Source: an uncultured Candidatus Saccharibacteria bacterium
Lineage (GTDB): Bacteria > Patescibacteriota > Minisyncoccia > Phycocordibacterales > Zambryskibacteraceae
NCBI GenBank assembly: GCA_964603485.1
Contig: CAZRVE010000002.1
Location: 1 to 55,480 of the forward strand
Direction: 5' to 3'
Length of the DNA stretch: 55,480 bases
Below the pieces are notes generated by a model. That model saw only the letters and a program-made list of their open reading frames with translations. It did not search any database and was not told where the DNA came from. Positions 50,968 to 55,480 of the stretch are shown here, in pieces (within the stretch, counting starts at the first letter, position 1; every line of letters starts with the position of its first letter). The position numbers and the translations under genes are program-made.

Positions 50968-51071
50968 ACAAGTGATTATACCAACTACCAATCGTCATCT
51001 ACAAACATAAGCCACTGTAATACCGGAGGAGTACAAACGGCTTAAAGAATGTAGATAAGAAAATTAAAACC

Positions 51072-51311
51072 ATGACTACAGTTATAAACAACCCGGGAGA
51101 AAACAGAGAAACGCCAAGTAGTGGCGTCAGCGGAGGATCAGGTGTGGTAATCGGTGCAGTAATAGTAATTTTGATATTAATTGTTGTGATTGTCCTCGCT
51201 CTCCCCTACATGCGGGAGCAAGTAGAAGGTATGCGTAGTCCGGGAAATCCAACGATAAACGTCCAGCTACCAAACCTCCCGTCCCCCAGTGCTTCTACTA
51301 CCACCCCTTAG
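51072..51311 (+). CDS. Small membrane protein (79 aa)
   Basis: Single strong TM helix (VVIGAVIVILILIVVIVLAL), followed by a bidirectional terminator. Confidence 0.4.
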   Translation: MTTVINNPGENRETPSSGVSGGSGVVIGAVIVILILIVVIVLALPYMREQVEGMRSPGNPTINVQLPNLPSPSASTTTP

Positions 51312-51330
51312 ATATTAGTTAGACGAAACT

Positions 51331-51366
51331 AAAAACCATCCTTTGAGAATCTCAGGATGGTTTTTT
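51331..51366. terminator. Bidirectional rho-independent terminator
   Basis: Stem AAAAACCATCCT / AGGATGGTTTTT, between convergent genes. Confidence 0.7.
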
Positions 51367-51370
51367 ATTA

Positions 51371-51862
51371 TCAGCTTTGCTTCGGTGGAGTATCGATTCC
51401 CATCCAAACATCGTAGGTGCTTACATGCACTCCGCCTGCTTTTACATAGAGGAAAAGTTGCATCCGATATGCGGCGAAGGTTTTTAAAACTCCTTCGATT
51501 ATATGTTCCGCCTTGGTACGCAAACCGTAGTAATCAAACTCTTTTTTAAAGTCTTCGTCCGAGAACTTCCCGAACATCTCTTTCATATCTGCGAGTTGCA
51601 GATCCATCTTTTCTGCAAAATTTTCAACTGTCACTCCACTTTTAAACTCCAGGTAATCTTCGCCAGCCTTAGTATTTTCTGTAAGAACCGCCTTCATTGT
51701 CGAAGCACCTGCCGCACTTAAATACTGCAAAAGCTCGAGCGTACTCCTCTGAGACTCGGATGGTCGGTATGATTCTCCCCCACTCGGAATCTTTGTTCCC
51801 AAGTGCTTGATAATACGAATTTCGTTTTCAATAGATTTCCAGCACTGCTCTTTTGTATACAT
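51371..51862 (-). CDS. DinB-superfamily (four-helix bundle) protein
   Basis: Length and helix pattern with conserved His positions; weak assignment. Confidence 0.5.
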   Translation of the reverse strand: MYTKEQCWKSIENEIRIIKHLGTKIPSGGESYRPSESQRSTLELLQYLSAAGASTMKAVLTENTKAGEDYLEFKSGVTVENFAEKMDLQLADMKEMFGKFSDEDFKKEFDYYGLRTKAEHIIEGVLKTFAAYRMQLFLYVKAGGVHVSTYDVWMGIDTPPKQS

Positions 51863-51902
51863 ATTTTCTTGATTATGGACTGACAGTATAACAGATGACT
51901 CA

Positions 51903-51940
51903 CAAAAATAGGCATGACCTTGCGGTCATACCTATTTTTG
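51903..51940 (-). terminator. Terminator hairpin downstream of tRNA-His
   Basis: 13-bp stem AATAGGCATGACC / GGTCATACCTATT (one mismatch) with flanking A/T runs. Confidence 0.6.
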
Positions 51941-51946
51941 ATCTTG

Positions 51947-52019
51947 GGTGCCTATCGGGATTTGAACCCGAACTGGAAGTTCCACAAACTTCAGTGCTAA
52001 CCATTACACCATAGGCACC
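51947..52019 (-). tRNA. tRNA-His (GTG), with encoded G-1
   Basis: Manual fold: G-1 pairs with C73; acceptor GTGCCTA/TAGGCAC; anticodon loop TTGTGGA; T-arm TCGGG-TTCAAAT-CCCGA. CCA is not fully encoded. Confidence 0.9.
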
Positions 52020-52091
52020 ATGTGGGAAGGAGTGTAGCAAAATATGGAAATAAAGAAAGCCACAAACTTCTACGTTTATGGCTTTTATTCT

Positions 52092-52727
52092 CTAGAAAAC
52101 AACAGCGAGTCTCAGCTGCTGAGAGGATTGTCGATACACAGGACGTATCGCCCCCTCCTTCTTCGCAAGGCAGAAGTAATTTGGACACCAATGCCAATCA
52201 GCGAGAACAGGAAGGCCAATGCCTACCGCATAATCCTCTTCCAATGAATATCCTAGGTCCCCAAGTGCTGAGACAACGATTACCCTGAGATCATCCAGAG
52301 CATCCATGTCCCTAAGATGACTAAAGCCTTCTCGGACGAACAGACATCCAAAACACGCAGTGAGCGCATTTACCTCTTCTAGGTGAATGGGAACGTCCCG
52401 ACTGCGAGGTCTTGGGAATGTGCGCTGGTCAGCTTGAGAAATCAGGCGACACGGCACGAAAAACCTCTTTCTCACCTTGAGATTGAGTGGAATCTGCCCA
52501 AGGCTTTCAAGATCCGAGCACCTCCAGAGCTGGTGAGTGTCTAGAAATTCTCGAACCCTTCTTTCAAGATCAGCGCTGAAAGTCGCGTTTGCTTCACCTG
52601 CGGTTTTCATCTGCTGCCTTGTCGCCCTGGGTAGAAAACGAGTGCTTATCCCCTTTACCCGGAGGAAAGAAAGAAAGCTCTGCGCAATCTCCTCAACGGG
52701 GTCGCGTGGCTTCAAGCAAGAAGTCAT
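52092..52727 (-). CDS. Hypothetical protein, G+C-elevated cassette next to tRNA-His (211 aa)
   Basis: ORF with SD-like GGAGA upstream; no recognisable domain. Confidence 0.5.
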   Translation of the reverse strand: MTSCLKPRDPVEEIAQSFLSFLRVKGISTRFLPRATRQQMKTAGEANATFSADLERRVREFLDTHQLWRCSDLESLGQIPLNLKVRKRFFVPCRLISQADQRTFPRPRSRDVPIHLEEVNALTACFGCLFVREGFSHLRDMDALDDLRVIVVSALGDLGYSLEEDYAVGIGLPVLADWHWCPNYFCLAKKEGAIRPVYRQSSQQLRLAVVF

Positions 52728-52850
52728 AAGGTTCTCCGTATGTTCAGGTCTTTCCTTATCCTACAAGACCCTTGGGTATATTTTCCTGTGCATATAGAAC
52801 CAGAGAACAAAAAAACAAAATGTCGATACAAATGTAGCCAATCTCCAGCA

Positions 52851-52879
52851 AGAAAACCGCCCTTGGGCGGTTTTCTTGT
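52851..52879. terminator. Terminator-like hairpin with T/A runs on both sides
   Basis: Stem AAAACCGCCC / GGGCGGTTTT with a TTG loop. Confidence 0.5.
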
Positions 52880-53054
52880 GAAAGAATATTAAAAAAATAA
52901 ATATAGGCCACGTAACACGCGCGATGTGACACGTATTTATAATTTTAATAAGTCTTTCGGAAAGAACAGGTCGGGGTACATCATATCGGAATAAACAAAA
53001 AACTCTAGTGTGGATTACGTATTACAAATAATAAAAAGCTTTGAGTCGAGGGTT

Positions 53055-53091
53055 ATAAAAAACATCCTTGAAATTTCAAAGATGTTTTTTC
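53055..53091 (-). terminator. Terminator hairpin immediately downstream of tRNA-Leu(GAG)
   Basis: Stem AAAAAACATC / GATGTTTTTT with additional inner pairing. Confidence 0.6.
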
Positions 53092-53094
53092 ATG

Positions 53095-53176
53095 TGCCCG
53101 GGACAGGACTCGAACCTGCATGCCTTTCGGCGCTACCACCTCAAGGTAGTAAGTCTACCAATTTCTCCACCCGGGC
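53095..53176 (-). tRNA. tRNA-Leu (GAG), type II with long variable arm
   Basis: Manual fold: acceptor GCCCGGG/CCCGGGC; anticodon loop TTGAGGT; variable arm GCC-GAAA-GGC; T-arm CAGG-TTCGAGT-CCTG. No encoded CCA. Confidence 0.9.
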
Positions 53177-53262
53177 ATAAAAATGCTCAAACACTATAAC
53201 GAATAGACTACGACTTTTCAACCCAAAGAAAAATCCGCCCTGAGTTTGTCAGATGGCGGATT

Positions 53263-53706
53263 TTATTCTTCCTTAGCAACTGCTACTTCTTCTGCGATAA
53301 CTTCTGGGGCTTCTACCTCAACCTCTTCTTCCTCTGCAACCGGAGCGACACTTCGTGTGTGTCTCATCTGTCGCTTTATTTCCTTCGCAGCTTTTTTGCG
53401 GATGTGGTAAAGCTTCGCAGTTCGAATCTGTGCTCGCTTTGTAATAGTGATCTTGTCGATAAGCGGAGAATAGAGTGGGAATATCTTTTCTACCCCAACA
53501 CCACTTGCAACACGACGAACGGTGAAAGTGGCTCCCGCTTCTTTGCCATGCTTCACCGCAAGAACAAGACCCTCAAAAAGTTGAAGTCGTGTTTTACCTT
53601 TTTCTTGAATTTTTTGCCAAACCTTTACCGTGTCTCCTGCGTGCAGGTCGAGCTTTGCTCGCTCAGACATGTTTACGGGAGAGGTGTTTGCTCTTACCTT
53701 AGTCAT
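53263..53706 (-). CDS. rplS: 50S ribosomal protein L19 (with acidic C-terminal extension)
   Basis: AGDTVKVWQKIQEKGKTRLQLFEGLVLAVKHG...FTVRR...GVEKIFPLYSPLI. Confidence 0.9.
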   Translation of the reverse strand: MTKVRANTSPVNMSERAKLDLHAGDTVKVWQKIQEKGKTRLQLFEGLVLAVKHGKEAGATFTVRRVASGVGVEKIFPLYSPLIDKITITKRAQIRTAKLYHIRKKAAKEIKRQMRHTRSVAPVAEEEEVEVEAPEVIAEEVAVAKEE

Positions 53707-53747
53707 ATATAGGCAACCAATCTACCACAAGGCTCCCTGTGGTGCAA

Positions 53748-54485
53748 CTAGAGAGTTACCCCAATCAAACTCAAAGCGTTTTCAAAATCCTCTGGATATG
53801 GAGCGCTGACAGAGTGCCTCTCTCCCTTTCTATCGAAGAATTCTAGTGTGTAGGCGTGAAGTGCGAGGCGTTTGAAACCTAATAGAGGCGGCAACTTAGG
53901 TGCATAGAGCGCGTCACCCACCAACGGATGATTGATGGCTTTAAAGTGAACACGTATTTGATGCGTTCTTCCCGTAAGAGGCTTTGCCACCACAAACGTA
54001 ACACCTTCCCCCCTCTTTCCTACCTCGTAACGGGTAATTGCCTCTCGAAGCTCTCCTCGAGCTCCCCTCTGTGCTGACCATTGTCTGAAATCACTTCGCG
54101 AGCGTCCAATAGGACGATCAATAGTTCCAAACTCTTGAGAAATATTCCCGTGAACAAAAACATGGTATTCCTTTCCAATATCCCTCTCCTTAAATTGACT
54201 CTTGAAGAAAGTGAAGGCTTCTTGGTTTTTAGTAATGAGGAGTGCGCCCGATGTCTCCCTATCAATTCTATGAACGATTCCGGGACGTGGAACAACTTTC
54301 TCAGAAGAGAGGACTAGGGGCTCCCCTACATCTTTAGATTCTGGATACTTCTCAAGAATCCAGTCGACAACCGACTCTTCTTCTCTTTTTCCATCAGAAT
54401 GAACAATAAGCCCCGCAGGCTTATTAATCACCACACAATCTTCGTCTTCGTAGAGGATAGGAATCTCCGTAGTCATACCTGCCAC
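53748..54485 (-). CDS. RluA-family pseudouridine synthase
   Basis: VVINKPAGLIVH and the catalytic HRIDRETSGALL motif. Confidence 0.85.
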   Translation of the reverse strand: MAGMTTEIPILYEDEDCVVINKPAGLIVHSDGKREEESVVDWILEKYPESKDVGEPLVLSSEKVVPRPGIVHRIDRETSGALLITKNQEAFTFFKSQFKERDIGKEYHVFVHGNISQEFGTIDRPIGRSRSDFRQWSAQRGARGELREAITRYEVGKRGEGVTFVVAKPLTGRTHQIRVHFKAINHPLVGDALYAPKLPPLLGFKRLALHAYTLEFFDRKGERHSVSAPYPEDFENALSLIGVTL

Positions 54486-54590
54486 TCTAACAGAGAGCCT
54501 CTCTTGATAAAAGGCCTTCTTTGCTATACTCTAGCTACATTCAATCTTTTTAAGATTTTAAAAAAGTTGAAATTATATAGAGACGTTGGG

Positions 54591-54660
54591 TGTCTTGGTA
54601 GTTATTTTGAGAAATATAGGTGCGGTTAGCTGTCTTGGTAGTTTTTTGAATAAATAATAG
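54591..54660 (+). repeat. Tandem ~40-bp repeat units containing degenerate copies of the tRNA-Val 5' half plus an AT-rich -10-like box
   Basis: TGTCTTGGTAGTT at 54591 and 54631. GCGGTTAGCTGTCTTGGTAG (54622-54641) versus genuine GCGATTAGCTCAGTTGGTAG (54663-54682). Confidence 0.6.
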
Positions 54661-54733
54661 GGGCGATTAGCTCAGTTGGTAGAGCAACCCGTTTACACCG
54701 GGAAGGTCATAGGTTCGAGTCCTGTATCGCCCA
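54661..54733 (+). tRNA. tRNA-Val (TAC)
   Basis: Manual fold: acceptor GGGCGAT/ATCGCCC; D-arm GCTC-AGTTGGTA-GAGC; anticodon loop TTTACAC; T-loop TTCGAGT. Confidence 0.9.
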
Positions 54734-54752
54734 CCCTTTTAATTTAAGCAGA

Positions 54753-54834
54753 GAGCGCGTGGCGGAATTGGTATACGCGTACGTCTCAGAAGCGTATGGG
54801 GAAACCCTTGGGAGTTCAAGTCTCCCCGTGCTCA
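54753..54834 (+). tRNA. tRNA-Leu (CAG), type II
   Basis: Manual fold: acceptor GAGCGCG/CGTGCTC (one G-U pair); anticodon loop CTCAGAA; long variable arm; T-arm GGGAG-TTCAAGT-CTCCC; discriminator A. Confidence 0.9.
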
Positions 54835-54835
54835 C

Positions 54836-55405
54836 ATGAAAAAAAGATGCGCTTGGCCAAGTAACGATCCTCTCATGATCAAATATCATGATATTGAGTG
54901 GGGGCTTCCAATTACGACAGACAAAAAAATATTTGAATTTCTTGTGCTTGAAAGTGCTCAGGCTGGCTTATCGTGGCGAACAATTCTTTATAAACGAGAA
55001 GGTTACCGAAAGTGCTTTGCTCAATTTGACCCAGAGAAAGTTGCCCAATTTACCAAACGAGATGTTGCTCGCCTGGTAAAAGATGCTTCAATCATTCGCA
55101 ATCGCTTAAAAATCGAAGCAACCATCAATAATGCGCAACGTTTTCTTGAAGTAAAAAAAGAATTTGGAAGCTTCTCGTCATATATGTGGAACTTCGTGAA
55201 TAATAAGCAAATTGATGGCAAAAGAAGGGACTTAAAAGAACTTCCCGTAATGACTGAAGAAGCTGTTCTTTTTGCAAGAGATTTAAAGAAAAGGGGTTTT
55301 AAATTTCTCGGACCCACAACAATATACGCTCACATGCAGGCGGTGGGAATGGTAAACGATCATGTAAAAAACTGCTTTCGATATAAAGAGGTAAAGGGAA
55401 AATAA
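54836..55405 (+). CDS. tag: DNA-3-methyladenine glycosylase I
   Basis: MKKRCAWPSNDPLMIKYHDIEWGLP aligns from residue 1 with E. coli Tag (MERCGWVSQDPLYIAYHDNEWGVP). Also QAGLSWRTIL and the C-terminal GMVNDH. Confidence 0.9.
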   Translation: MKKRCAWPSNDPLMIKYHDIEWGLPITTDKKIFEFLVLESAQAGLSWRTILYKREGYRKCFAQFDPEKVAQFTKRDVARLVKDASIIRNRLKIEATINNAQRFLEVKKEFGSFSSYMWNFVNNKQIDGKRRDLKELPVMTEEAVLFARDLKKRGFKFLGPTTIYAHMQAVGMVNDHVKNCFRYKEVKGK

Positions 55406-55449
55406 TAGCTATTTCACTTCCCTCTCGTCGTGTAGTATAAAAGATACCT

Positions 55450-55480
55450 GTCCCCGTAGCTCAATGGATAGAGCAGTGCT
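55450..55480 (+). tRNA. tRNA 5' fragment (truncated by window end; identity unresolved)
   Basis: GTCCCCG-TA-GCTC-AATGGATA-GAGC is a canonical acceptor/D-arm start. The anticodon lies beyond the window. Confidence 0.6.

Noticed and set aside
52022-52288. Plus-strand ORFs 52022-52288 and 52044-52247 next to tRNA-His
   Set aside because: They begin just beyond the tRNA-His 5' end (within 3-25 nt of it) and run antisense to the 211-aa minus-strand ORF. They have no SD or motif.
51947-52745. A tRNA-His-targeted integrative element
   Set aside because: No integrase or recombinase is present, and I found no direct repeat of the tRNA 3' end. The foreign-looking gene also lies on the 5' side of the tRNA rather than the 3' side.
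54707-54889. Minus-strand ORF, 60 aa
   Set aside because: It is entirely antisense to tRNA-Val, tRNA-Leu(CAG) and the start of tag, so it is an artefact.

Overview
This is a gene-dense window with a moderately low G+C backbone, and most genes lie on the minus strand. The content looks like a reduced-genome, CPR/Patescibacteria-like (Parcubacteria-type) bacterium. That placement is inferred from gene content only: lamin-tail-domain (LTD) surface proteins, a DUF5667-type anti-sigma-like protein, many small wHTH proteins, secE-nusG-rplK with no rplA, and a 23S rRNA with its own promoter.

Identifiable content:
- rRNA and tRNA: the 5' end of a 23S rRNA (minus strand, running off the window start); tRNA-His, two tRNA-Leu, tRNA-Val and one truncated tRNA.
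- Ribosomal proteins: L7/L12, L10, L11, L19, S6, S18.
- Translation and transcription factors: SecE, NusG, EF-P, MetRS, GlyRS, IleRS, ArgS and two ECF-type sigma factors.
- DNA maintenance: FtsK, RecA, SSB, RecO, TatD, Tag.
- Folate and pyrimidine genes: FolD, ThyA-like, a DHFR-HIT fusion and a dCMP-deaminase fusion.
- A cluster of large secreted or surface proteins at 5.8-13.7 kb.

Most notable observations:
1. Three identical 34-bp perfect palindromes. Two bracket a stand-alone wHTH/Cas2-like gene. Two place a -35-like box in front of that gene and of a secreted lipase/LTD operon.
2. An IleRS carrying a complete histidine-phosphatase (RHG) domain inserted in frame.
3. A promoter-to-terminator structured RNA of unknown class downstream of recA.
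4. A ThyA-like / DHFR-HIT / nucleotidyltransferase-deaminase block with foreign composition.
5. Several G+C-rich single-gene cassettes, each with its own SD and most with their own terminator.
6. A tag gene whose ATG starts 2 nt after a tRNA-Leu.
7. Tandem pseudo-copies of the tRNA-Val 5' half.
8. A ~21-bp-phased iteron array between a wHTH regulator gene and ftsK.

All functional calls rest on motif recognition by eye. No database search was run.
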